From Macrostomum lignano (taxonomy: Eukaryota): a DNA stretch of 64,000 nucleotides. The stretch covers positions 224,691 through 288,690 of the forward strand of contig NIVC01001575.1 in NCBI GenBank assembly GCA_002269645.1. Reading direction: 5' to 3'. Shown one piece after another: positions 21,901 through 34,501 of the stretch; the first letter of the stretch is position 1; each line of letters opens with the position of its first letter. Both the position numbers and the translations under genes were made by a program. A model generated the notes under the pieces. The model had not been told where the DNA came from and did not search any database. It worked only from the letters and a program-made list of their open reading frames with translations.

Positions 21901-22747
21901 TGGTGTAGGCCAGAGCAACATAGAATGTGCACATGTTGCTGGGCCGACGGCGCAACAAGTACTTGGCCTGGCAAATGGTCACTAGGAGAGTCGATTTCTT
22001 CGGCATCAGCTCCAGCTTCAGACAGAGCCGTCCAAGTAGAGTCTCGTGCTGCATATCGGGATCCTGATCTGTTGGATACAGCGACAGATTAAGTCCCAGC
22101 TCCTCCAGGGTGGTCGCCGTATCCGAACCTGTCGACGAGGAACACCTCGCTGCTCGGCGATGCAAATCGCTGAAGCTGCTGGCTCGACGCCGGCGCAAAT
22201 ATTCCACGGCACCCTCGCTGACGCTCTCGGGCACCGGGCTGATCATCAGGAGGCACTCGGAGCTCTGGCGATATTTGCCAGTCAGGAAGGCCTTCTTGTC
22301 TGCGACGGCTGTTGGCGTGGTGTCGGCCATCTGGCCCGAGGCGCTGCTCAACTTGGCTGAGTAGGGCGACCAATCGGCTGACGAAGCAGGCGTCAGGGAG
22401 CTGCCGCTGCCGAACCTGGGCCGCCTCGGCGACAGCAGCTGTGTCGGCGAGAAGGTTCGATAACTACCAGTACTGGGCTTTGGGCACTGCAGCAGCTCGC
22501 TGTGGCTGCGCGAGCCCACCATCAGCTCCTCCGTGGAGCCGCCGCCGAACACTGAGCTGGCCCGGCCATCGTCGCTGGAGGTTCGGTGATCCCCAGTCAG
22601 CAGGAAGCCGTGCGTGCTGGCCTCCGGCTGCTTCGACCAGGGCGCCCAGGTCCAGCTGCGGCACCACAGGCAGAGGCCGACGGTCACCGAGACGATGGCG
22701 CCGCTGATGGTGCAGACAACAACAAGGATGACGTCAGAGGAGTTCAT
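18935..22747 (-). CDS. Synaptotagmin-like membrane protein (N-terminal TM plus two C2 domains), Syt15/16-like
   Basis: Exons 22747-21635 (TM VILVVVCTISGAIVSVTVGLCLWC, Ser-rich linker, C2A; phase 0), 20135-20018 (PGRILLSLSY...LTLGIVEGKDL; phase 1) and 19248-18935 (YVYFRASIM...LLGKAVIG...QWSDCL...VHQWHDIY stop). Splice phases are consistent. Confidence 0.88.
20869..21440. repeat. About 79-bp minisatellite, about 7 copies, in the synaptotagmin intron
   Basis: gagtttgcgtacacacgattgttatg...gtacatctgctgaatcgatgagggg recurs at 78-80 bp spacing. Confidence 0.95.
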
Positions 22748-25009
22748 GCTGTTTTTCTTTCAAATTGTTGACTGCTCAGATTTCGGATGAAAGCGGCTCA
22801 ACTTTTGCTAGCTAAGGGGATATTTATTCAGCCCTAGCCGAATGCGGGAGATTTTCCCAGCCAATAGGGATTCGCTTTGCCATCATTTCGAGGGCTTTGC
22901 TGTTAATCCGTCTCGCTGCTCAGTCCGGCTGTTCCCTATGTTCCTGCTCTGGCAAATTCTTTTGCGGCTTCGATTACAAAGCGGCCGCAGCAGAAGCCAC
23001 GAAGTCGCAATCTCGATATTATTAATTTGCGCGGCAAACCACTTCTATAATGAAACATAATGTCGATCATATAAAATGGCTATATTTGAAGTCTGTAAAA
23101 GTAATCCTTCCTTTTCGTCTTGACCCTCCTTAAGCAATGGAGTCTTCTCCTTCCTAGAAGTTTCCTGTAATGGGTAAAGCTGGATGCCCGAGCGTGCTGG
23201 GTTGAGTTGAACCCCCGTTAGGTAGGCTGGTCGATTACTTATTAACAAGGATAAGGCATAGTGAGCCGAGTGAGTAGCTTAGCGGTCAGTAACATTCATT
23301 TGTGCTCTTGCACGGAAATTGGCCGGTGGGTTGTCGTGCGTTTTACAGCCATGAGGGCCAACACCCCGAGGCACAGAGAGCGTACATGCCCCGAGGGTTA
23401 GAAAGTCGAGGATGTACACCCCGTGTGAGCGTGTGAGATACGCCTGCCTACTTGGGCAGAATTGCCCCAGCGCTGGTTGTGCGACGGACGATGTCACCGA
23501 AGGCGTTGTGCTAGGGGTGCCCGCAGGCCTCCTGCTGTTATATATTGAACCTAAAAAGGTGTAGGCGTACCGCGGTAGCACCGCTTGCCACGGAGCAACC
23601 ATAGGATAATAGAAATTAGTTATAGAAAAACTGGATCAAAAAGACTTCTGGATTATAAGTCGGATATCTAGAATCTCGAACTAGGATGGTGTGCAAGATT
23701 TTATTAAAAACTTCCTCCTGGAAATTCGTCTTTTGAGTTCAATTTGAGGTGCCACCTTGCACATGTAAAACGTTGCATGATTATGCCCCATTAGTTATTT
23801 CGCTTAGTCTCAGGGGAGGCGGTTTTGCATGAGCAACGTTCACAAATCAAGGCAAGTTCCCTGCGCAATCACTTTAGGATGGGTGTCTGGAAAATTCCCG
23901 AGACTTTTAATCCCAAAGCTAAAATGAAAGCAGCTACAGGCACTTTAAATGCGGCACTTTTTGTCTTTCTAATTTGTTCCATTCAAAAGTTATGCTTGAA
24001 AACCCATCGCAATGCCACTGATCCACTTACAGCTAAAGTGAAAGTTATAGTCGTTGTTAATCTCGTAGCTTTGAGATTAAAAGTACAAAAACTGGAAAAG
24101 GGGGTTGTCGAGCGATGTCATATCCATGAGGGCCCAACCTCCAAGGCACAAGGCCGAGAGCGTTGCACCAGAAGTGCGACATTGTGCCACAACCACTCTG
24201 CTGAGGTAATTCTGTCCGCTGACCTCCTACTGAGAGCAGCACATTCAAGTGCGACAATGCTGTACGCAGGCCCGGACTCATACTCATATAATCAAACGTT
24301 TTTTTGCTTCGTAAAAATGGAAAATTCTGTGGAAAAGTGTATATATAAATTGCGGGAAGCCAGCGAAGAGATGAAATATCCAAATAGCTCCTGTCGAACT
24401 AATATAGTTGCTTCAAAGCAGCGAGCTGAGCCATGGGAGAGCTAATATTTCTGTCAAACGGCCGAGAGGAGAGCAGAAATGTACCAAGAGATTCGGTCGT
24501 GAGAAAAGAAAGCGAATATTTAGCCGAATGACTGAGCACACAACGAAATCATCCTCTCTCCGACTCTTTTGATCTAGTTCTGCCTGCTTCTGCCGCTGCT
24601 GCTGCTATTGATGATGTACTTTAACAATCCAAGGGAATAATTAAACGCGTCAGATATTGCGAGCCAAAATTTATTAGACGCCATATAAGCTGTCCAAGCC
24701 GTTTTAGTGTATACTGAATGTGTACCGGCTTGAAGTTATAAAGCTTATTGCACGAGCTACCGTATATGATCCCCAAGACGATTTAAACTGAAGCAGATCA
24801 AGTTCGGAGAAGAGTCAGACCAGCATCTCATACTCGTACATGCCCTATGCTTTAATTTACGAATCTGTTTGGCACTTTGCGCAGAAAAGTACGCCTCGCT
24901 CGGTTGTGAAGTCAAACTCTTTTCTACACAGTAGAGTTATTTGGAGCCTATCCTTTACTTTAGCCCAATCTAACCCTAACCCTCGTAGGTCAAGGAAGTC
25001 TTACGGAAG

Positions 25010-26100
25010 TTAAGGACAGTCTCGATTCTCTCGATAACATGCGGTGTGGACAGTCCCGATTCTCACGACAACATGCGGTGTGGACAGTCTCGATTCTCAC
25101 GATAACACGGTGAGGACAGGCTTGATTCTCACGACAACACGGTGAGGACAGTCTCGATTCTCAGGATAACTCGGTGAGGACAGTCTTGATTCTCACGACA
25201 ACACGGTGAGGACAGTCTCGATTCTCACGATAACACGGTGTGGACAGTCTCGATTCTCAGGATAACTCGGTGAGGACAGTCTCGATTCTCACGACAACAC
25301 CGTGTGGACAGTCTCGATTCTCACGACAACACGGTGTGGACAGTCTCGATTCTCACGACAACACCGTGTGGACAGTCTCGATTCTCACGACAACACGGTG
25401 AGGACAGTCTCGATTCTCACGACAACACCGTGTGGACAGTCTCGATTCTCACGACAACACCGTGTGGACAGTCTCGATTCTCACGACAACACCGTGTGGA
25501 CAGTCTCGATTCTCACGACAACACGGTGAGGACAGTCTCGATTCTCACGACAACACGGTGAGGACAGTCTCGATTCTCACGACAACACCGTGTGGACAGT
25601 CTCGATTCTCACGACAACACCGTGTGGACAGTCTCGATTCTCACGACAACACCGTGTGGACAGTCTCGATTCTCACGACAACACGGTGAGGACAGTCTCG
25701 ATTCTCACGACAACACGGTGAGGACAGTCTCGATTCTCACGACAACACCGTGTGGACAGTCTCGATTCTCACGACAACACCGTGTGGACAGTCTCGATTC
25801 TCACGACAACACGGTGTGGACAGTCTCGATTCTCACGACAACACGGTGTGGACAGTCTCGATTCTCACGACAACACCGTGTGGACAGTCTCGATTCTCAC
25901 GACAACACCGTGTGGACAGTCTCGATTCTCACGACAACACGGTGAGGACAGTCTCGATTCTCACGACAACACCGTGTGGACAGTCTCGATTCTCACGACA
26001 ACACGGTGAGGACAGTCTCGATTCTCACGACAACACCGTGTGGACAGTCTCGATTCTCACGACAACACGGTGTAGACAGTCTCGCTTCTCACGACAACAC
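25010..26100. repeat. 32-bp minisatellite, about 34 copies (ggacagtctcgattctcacgacaacac-cgtgt/ggtga/ggtgt)
   Basis: Head-to-tail copies with no spacers. Confidence 0.95.
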
Positions 26101-26839
26101 GGAGTGAACAATTTCAATTCACCAAAGAAAGCGAAATGCCTAATCTTATTTGCAGAGAAGTCCCAGACATTGCATGGCTAAAATTCTACAGTTGACTCCT
26201 TTATTGATTTCCCAATGTAGCGATGGCGATCTTCTTCACGAGCGTCGACTAGATGGAAACACTGCCTCTATGCATCCCCCATATGCGGCGTCAAATAACA
26301 ACATCGAGGTCGTTTTACAAAGACGTTGTTACATCGCTTCCTCTTATTTGTCTCATCAGCCGAAGGAAAGAAAAATGCTTCTTCTAAAAGAAGTAGCAAT
26401 AACAGTTCAGGCTTTGAGGCTTTCATCTAACCATTTGTTTCATCTTCATTAGCTAATGTTAGCTAAAGCAATGTACATGTTGTCTCGACAGAGAATTAGG
26501 CTCTTTCGGGCGATGTAAATATGGAATTGCAAAAGCGGAGCATACGAGCATATAGTAATAAATTTGGCACCTGTACCGATTGAGTAGAAAGCTGAGTTTT
26601 AATTTGAGGTTTCAAACATAATTTGCATTCTAGGAATAGGCTGATAACATTGGGTCGAAGTGCTTGATTATTGGTGGTAGAATTTGTGATTCATTTGTGA
26701 TTAATGATGCTATTGGCCAAGAAATCAGGTTCATTGTTGATCAGAAGCACTGGATGTAATTGACCATCGATCGTTATGCATGAACAGTGATCAAGGATGT
26801 CTTTTATCAAGAATTATTTGCGTACTTTACCATTCACAA

Positions 26840-28170
26840 ATCAAGGGTATGATTGACCTAGAACTAAGAATTTGATTGAGACCGTAGAATCAAGGATGCA
26901 CCACTAAATTAAGGATATGATTGATTGTAGAATAAAGGATATGACCATAGTATCAACGATGTGATTGACCGTACAATCAAGGATATGACCATAGAACCAA
27001 GGATATGACCATAGAATCAATGATATGACCATAGAACCAAGGATATGACCATAGAACCAAGGATATGACCATAGAACCAAGGATATGACCATAGAACCAA
27101 GGATATGACCATAGAATCAATGATGTGATTGACCGTAGAACCAATGATATGACCATAGAACCAAGGATATGACCATAGAACCAAGGACATGACCATAGAA
27201 TCAATGATGTGATTGACCGTAGAATCAATGATATGACCATAGAATCAAGGATATGACCATAGAACCAAGGATATGACCATAGAATCAAGGATATGACCAT
27301 AGAACCAAGGATATGACCATAGAATCAATGATGTGATTGACCGTAGAATCAATGATATGACCATAGAACCAAGGATATGACCATAGAACCAAGGACATGA
27401 CCATAGAACCAAGGATATGACCATAGAACCAAGGATATGACCATAGAACCAAGGACATGACCATAGAACCAAGGATATGACCATAGAATCAATGATGTGA
27501 TTGACCGTAGAACCAAGGATATGACCATAGAATCAAGGATATGACCATATAATCAATGATGTGATTGACCGTAGAATCAAGGATATGACCGTAGAACCAA
27601 GGATATGACCATAGAACCAAGGATATGACCATAGAACCAAGGATATGACCATAGAACCAAGGATATGACCATAGAATCAATGATGTGATTGACCGTAGAA
27701 TCAAGGATATGACCATAGAATCAAGGATATGACCATAGAATCAAGGATATGACCATAGAATCAAGGATATGGCCATAGAATCAAGGATATGGCCATAGAA
27801 TCAAGGATATGACCATAGAATCAAAGATATGGCCATAGAACCAAGGATGCGACCATAGAATCAATGATGTTATTGACCGTTGAATCAAGGATACGACGAT
27901 AGAACAAAGGATATGACCATAGAATCAATGATGTAATTGACCATTAATCAAGGATATGACCATAGAACTAATGATGTGATTGACCGTAGAATCAAGGATA
28001 TGACCTTGATGATGTGATTGACCGTAGAATCAAGGATATGACCTTGATGATGTGATTGACCTTAGAATCAAGGATATGACCATAGAATCAATGATATGAC
28101 TATAGAACGAAGGATATGACCATAGAATGAAGGATGTGATTGACCGTATAATCGAGGATATGATGGATCA
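26840..28170. repeat. Composite 20-bp / 24-bp minisatellite
   Basis: aaggatatgaccatagaacc/atc units interspersed with aatgatgtgattgaccgtagaatc. Confidence 0.93.
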
Positions 28171-29504
28171 ATAGAATCTATATAGGATAGGGCTGACTTT
28201 GAATCAAGGAGACGATTTACCAGAAGTCATGAATGCGATTAAACATTTTTAAATGCTTAAGAATACGGGTATGATTATTAACCAGAGATCTAGCTTATCG
28301 AGAGTGAATGACAAAGAGAATGTAAAAAGACTCTATCTTCTTATCTTCCCGTAATCTAAAAGGTGGATTTTAATAGTGCACATGCAGATAATTAAATATT
28401 AAAGATCGAATTGTCTTAACTATAGCAGAATCATGAAATATTTGTGTTTTTTTTTAATTTCACCTTCGATTTCTCTGATCAACGCGTCATATTATGCATA
28501 TGTTAGTTCGGCTCTAGCGACAAAGCAATAAATGAACACGATTCAGCGAATTTCCTACTCGTTTATTTCTAGAAAAATCTGCAAAACCCACCCGTGCAGT
28601 CAAACTGCACCCCTCTTCAGTTGCTCACTTTTCCGCGATGTTATAATTACTCTTACCGTCTTCTCCCGTTGAGAACACTTCTTCAAAAACATCTATTTTG
28701 AGAGCCCGAGCTGTAACTTACGGTAATTTTCTACCGTATTGCCAAATATGGAAATTTCGGAAAGGTCTGGAGAAGTATGCCTGGATAGGCACTATAATTT
28801 ATTTACCTTGAGTTCTTCAAACTTGATGCGAAATCACCTTGAACTTACTAAAATTTTTTGTTAAGCGAATTTGTAATCAACCTATAACTGTCGTATTTTA
28901 GTTACATGGTATAAGATTAGGGCCCGTGAAGCCTCCCTATCCAGCTCTCGGGTCCTTCGAAACTTCACAATAGCAATCCGCGGCCTGCTCAAGGCTTGCG
29001 TCTCTTCTCAGCTCTCTTTCTCTTCCCTCTCCTCTATTAGCTCTCCTTTCCTCTCTCATCAGGCCCGCAGCAATCAATGAGCTGGATTCTTTATCTTGTC
29101 CTTGTGGTAAAAAAAGTTTGTCAATCCCTGCTGTAAAGGAAACGGAGCGCTCGCATACAAGCAGCCATTTCAACGAATTCATGGTTGTACTTTGCTGGCT
29201 CTCTACAACGAACGGCCTAATTAAATTGGCCGTCTCACGGATGTATCCACCTTTTCTAAATGTCCACAAAGCTTGCTAATTGTAATGGAACAAGTAGAGG
29301 TATATAGTGGCTTTTGCGTCAAACAACCGTAATGAGATTGAGTCTAGACTGCTTATTGATTTCTCTATACTGGGTCAGGTACGCGACATGAGCTTTTTGT
29401 CCCGGGCACCTTACGGCCGCGATTTTGCAAATCTTGCAAAAGCTTTAAATGACCAAATAACTATTCACCTGGACAGTTTAATGCAAACCTAAAACTTTGC
29501 TTCA

Positions 29505-30460
29505 GGGCGCCAAAATGAGTATCTGCAGCACCAGGATGAGTACCTGACAGCCAAAATGACTATTTGATGCTGTAGTCGGGCCTGAGGTGTCAAAATGACT
29601 ATTTGATGCTGTAGTCGGGCCTGAGGCGTCAAAATGACTATTTGATGCTGTAGTCGGGCCTGAGGTGTCAAAATGACTATTTGATGCTGTAGTCGGGCCT
29701 GAGGCGTCAAAATGACTATTTGATGCTGTAGTCGGGCCTGAGGCGTCAAAATGACTATTTGATGCTGTAGTCGGGCCTGAGGCGTCAAAATGACTATTTG
29801 ATGCTGTAGTCGGGCCTGAGGCGTCAAAATGACTATTTGATGCTGTAGTCTGGCCTGCGGCGTCAAAATGACTATTTGATGCTGTAGTCGGGCCTGAGGC
29901 GTCAAAATGACTATTTGATGCTGTAGTCGGGCCTGAGGCGTCAAAATGACTATTTGATGCTGTAGTCGGGCCTGAGGCGTCAAAATGACTATTTGATGCT
30001 GTAGTCGGGCCTGAGGCGTCAAAATGACTATTTGATGCTGTAGTCGGGCCTGAGGCGTCAAAATGACTATTTGATGCTGTAGTCGGGCCTGAGGCGTCAA
30101 AATGACTATTTGATGCTGTAGTCTGGCCTGCGGCGTCAAAATGACTATTTGATGCTGTAGTCGGGCCTGAGGCGTCAAAATGACTATTTGATGCTGTAGT
30201 CGGGCCTGAGGCGTCAAAATGACTATTTGATGCTGTAGTCGGGCCTGAGGCGTCAAAATGACTATTTGATGCTGTAGTCGGGCCTGAGGCGTCAAAATGA
30301 CTATTTGATGCTGTAGTCGGGCCTGAGGCGTCAAAATGACTATTTGATGCTGTAGTCGGGCCTGAGGCGTCAAAATGACTATTTGATGCTGTAGTCTGGC
30401 CTGCGGCGTCAAAATGACTATTTGATGCTGTAGTCGGGCCTGAGGCGCCAAAATGAGTAT
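29505..30460. repeat. 39-bp minisatellite, about 23 copies, with 7-unit higher-order period
   Basis: Unit aaaatgactatttgatgctgtagtcgggcctgaggcgtc; the variant tggcctgcgg occurs at 29851, 30124 and 30397 (273 bp apart). Confidence 0.95.
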
Positions 30461-33400
30461 TAACAACACCGATTATCAAAATATTATAGAGAATTTTCTT
30501 TTTGGATTGTTGGTTTTGTTGTTCCCTTCAATTCTCACCAAATTATAAACTCCGAGGTGACGATCCCTGTAATCAACTGATGTATTAATTTGAATAGAGG
30601 CGCGGTCTTGTACTTAATTTCTTATTCAAAGCTGCATGCTGATAGAAAGTCGTACTCACACCCTGCCTTCTCCATCCTATGGCAACTGTTTCTATGTGTG
30701 CGGTCGCCCACGCCCATTTCAAATTCTGCAGCGATTCTTTACATCTATGAGCTGTTGAATTTGTTCCCTCAGAATAATTATAGATTGCTTTGTTAAGGCC
30801 CTGAGAAACCCAGCTCGTTTGTCTCAGGAGTCTATTAATTAAGAAGTCATTTTGCTAACTAGCTCATACCCCTGTTTTGTAGCTGAAATTTGTTGCTCAT
30901 GAATCCTACAACACACAAAACTCATTCGACATTCGCCATCCAAGTATACGAGCGCCAAATCGTACTTATCGTACTGAGCCATCGTACTTATATGCATGTA
31001 TACAATGTATACTCATGTACATATATGAATGATATATGTATGTCTTTAAATGTTTAGAGTCCAGGCTTACCAGCTGTTACATGAGCTGGTATATGAATTA
31101 CATGCATGCAAGTGGAGAGCTATTAATTACATGTAATATATACAGATGCACAGTACATGCAACCGCATAATTTCTTAACGAGGTGTACGAGCTGTGTACG
31201 CTCGTACGTGTATGGTGTAGCTATATTAAAATAACCAATTGTACATTCGGCAATTACTACTGGTGCAGGTGATCGATCTGAAAGCTTCAATTTAGACCGG
31301 CCTTATAAGTGATTGAATAACAACAGAGTATATATATTGATTAGTGTCATGTTGTTTAGATAAAACCAGAAGGTTATAAAGAGTGAAAAGTGAAAAAATG
31401 AATTATTGTTATAAAAATTTGCAAAATGAAAAGATGATAGTACGTAGCAGTGTGGCGGTGGCGGATCCAGCTACAAGGGAGGGGGCAAGGGGGCCCATGA
31501 CGGCCCCCCTCGCTAAGGGCCGATTTTTTCTGGCATATTTTCCTTGTTTTGGCGATTTTTGCTTAATATGCCATGAAACATATTTATAGGAATTGTCTGT
31601 CTTTTTAAAACCTTTTTTCGACCGGCCTGGGAGTGGCATTGTACATGAATATATGATTCTGTCTAAAGCCTAATGAATTGATTAAACCAATGATGTAACC
31701 GCCCTTGTCGCCTGTCGGCTCCGTTGAGAGACGAACACATGACTAGAGGGGGCAATGACCGTAGGCTGCCTATGACCGGGCAATGACCTGATGGACCTCC
31801 AGCACCAGACTGTCCCGCCCACATGATTGATAGCTTTGGTAGCGCTTTGTGACCAGAGGGCCAAGGACCCACATGGACCCCACCTGTAGCCAAGGTGCAA
31901 TAGTTGGTCACTCGGTCATGGTATGACCGAGTGGCTGCCACCACTCTATGTGACCTGGCGCACCTGGATCTTACTACCAGACCTCTCGAGGCTAGAGCCC
32001 CGTCTGGGATGGTTACCAGGAGATTTAGGCTAACAGGGGAGACACATGCAGCCGAGTACAGGGACTCTGCTTGGGGCATGATCGGGAACTCTGGGCTCAA
32101 TCTGGAGGATTTCTCAGCAGGGGATCCTTTGTGGCTGTGAGCGAGGCTGACTTGCGACTTTGATTACTAAGAGTAGTATGAGGCGAACATGTACTGTCTA
32201 TAGTTTAGATTGCTCAGGGCGAAGGGACGCGTCAGCATGGGGTTGCAACCTTCCTACTGCCATTCTGTGCCAAGACTCGCTAATCCCTCTACTGCACGCA
32301 CACACGGCCCCGCAGCACGCACTCACAGGCGAGCTTTGCACGGGGAGAGGCCATTAGCTTGCCCAAACTTCCCTATGCTTTGCCACCCCGGGAGAAAGGC
32401 TTAGCAAGCCATGAGTGAAATGATGGTGAAAGATTGAATAATGATGAGGTTAGTTAATAGTTAATAATTAGGCCCTTAGGCAAATAATCAGGCAATTAGG
32501 CGGCTTCACTATTGAGTAAAAATACAGCAAAAGGTACGGTATCACAACTGGCTCAGCTCTCTAATCAGACAATGGACAAATAGGCAAACTCCGGATAAGC
32601 AAAGGCAATTAGAGCACAAATCAGTAACAGGAACTTACCGGCAGCTGCACAGAGAGAGAGAGAGAGAGAGAGACGGAGTGACCGAGGGCGGCTGTAGGCT
32701 GCAGTCAGGCGGACAGTGAAGCGGCGATGCGCTGAAGCGACGAGGCGCTGGTGTAGATCAGGCGAAGCTGATGATGCTGGGCGGTGTCAGACCGCTGGCC
32801 AATAGGCGAGCTCACTTGGGGAGCTGAAGAAAACTTGGCGGTAACAGACCGCGGACCGGCAGGGATTCGTCTTATAGACGAATGGGTCAGAACTCAGTCT
32901 GACGGCAAGTCTAAAGAAAGACTAGGAGCCCGAAGGTGGGCAAAAGTTGAGGATTCTCATGCCGAAAACCGCTTCCTTATATAGCCTTCCCAGCCGCCAA
33001 GGTCGTTTCCATGACTCCCTCTCTCTGATTGGCTGCCGGCAGAATGACGTCAGAATGACTCATGATGAGAAGCATGAGAACGGCATAGCAACATGAGAAA
33101 TGGGAGAATTGCGCAATCCGGAGGTGGGGTGGGGGATTATTGGCGCAGCGGGAGGTCGAAAAAGTGTTGCGCAAGCAAACATTGAGAAACAATGGGGCTG
33201 GGGTCGAGAACAAAGGAATTGGAAATCGGGGATAATTGGGGAGAATCGAGAACAATAGAAAAACAGACATTGGGAAAAAGTTGATAATTAGGTGCGAAAA
33301 CGAGAACAATAGAGAGAGAAAATCGGAGAAAATGTGATAATTGGTGGGGTAAAGAGAACAAAAGAATCAAAAACGAGAACAATAGAAGCGGAGGTGGGGT

Positions 33401-34501
33401 GGGTGTCGCATGAGAAATTTGGGGAGGAGAACAATAGCATAAGAAAAGGTTGCGCAAGAGAGGGGGGATGAGTCATCGATGAGTCATCGAAGGGAAGAAG
33501 GGGTCACACGACTTGCGTCACCGTTTGGGAGTTTGAGAAGGGATGGGGTGGCGGTGAGCGCACAAAATACTGTAAGTAGACGCAGAGAAAGGGGGGACAG
33601 CGCAGGAAAATAGTGCGAAAAGGGGCAAAAAGAGGGGAGACAGGAAAAGTACATGAAGAATAGGGTGGAGCGCAGAGGAGATAGGGTAGAGGGGGAGGTA
33701 CAAAGAGGGAGGGGGAGCTCCGGAAAGGCAAGTGTGGCGGCAGGGGAGACGGAGCCAAGGCAGCAGGGGGGGGGTTGCAGCAGAGCGGGAGTCTCCAGGC
33801 CTGGGGGTCGAAGACCTGGCCGAGTCTCAACAGCTCTGTGCAGGGGGTGCACGGCGATAGGAGGCACTTTCGAAAAAGTTCCCCTGCCCTATCCCACGAC
33901 CAGAGCGTGGTTACATCACCAATAAAATTTATGGCATATTCATTTATGGGCCGACATGGCCGACACTCCCATGCATTTTGAAATTTCACGTTTTTTCGCC
34001 AAAAAATGCTCCCGTTCTGCAACCACTGCACCACCGATTGAGTTGAGTGAGGTGTCGATCGATAGAACACTTTAAGATCTATCGAATGAATATACTTTCA
34101 AGTGCAAAGATTTTTAACTGAGCCGCAAATTAACTGGAAAGACGATTTTTTTCAAAATTGCTTCTGGGGGAGATCTCAAAGCTTGATCGTACACTTTACG
34201 AGATACGGCTTCGACATCTGATGATCAAAGTTGTCAAACTAAATTTCCTGCAAAATGGTATAAGGCGCTTTGATTTATTTCAGTTTTGGTGGGTCTTTTT
34301 GGTAGAAAAATTACCCTCATTTTATTATTTCGCCACTTTTTCTTACGAAACTGTTGCGCTTCAAAGCAGTGCAGTTAGATGCGCAATGCAAAAATCTACA
34401 AGTGTCTAAAGTTCTGTTTTCACGATTCTGTAGTGCTGAGAAAATCGATAAGAATCGATTTTTCAAAAAATCACGTGAGTTTCGCATTATTGCTCATTGT
34501 A

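Noticed and set aside
23060-24450. Protein-coding ORFs (107 aa and 206 aa) upstream of Syt
   Set aside because: No recognisable domains or exon boundaries; likely decayed repeat sequence.
25010-26100. CRISPR array (32-bp repeat length)
   Set aside because: Units are directly adjacent with no unique spacers, there are no cas genes, and the context is eukaryotic.
29489-30479. Long ORFs of 325-326 aa, and similar ORFs at 4875, 15185-16047, 16631-17187, 26904-27716, 43289-44734, 48763-49312
   Set aside because: All are translations of tandem repeats that happen to lack stops; no splice or start context.
31694-32510. Solo LTR (tgtaaccgcc ... ggcggcttca)
   Set aside because: Termini are imperfect, with no TSD, PBS or PPT and no second copy in the window; probably repeat-derived but unclassifiable.
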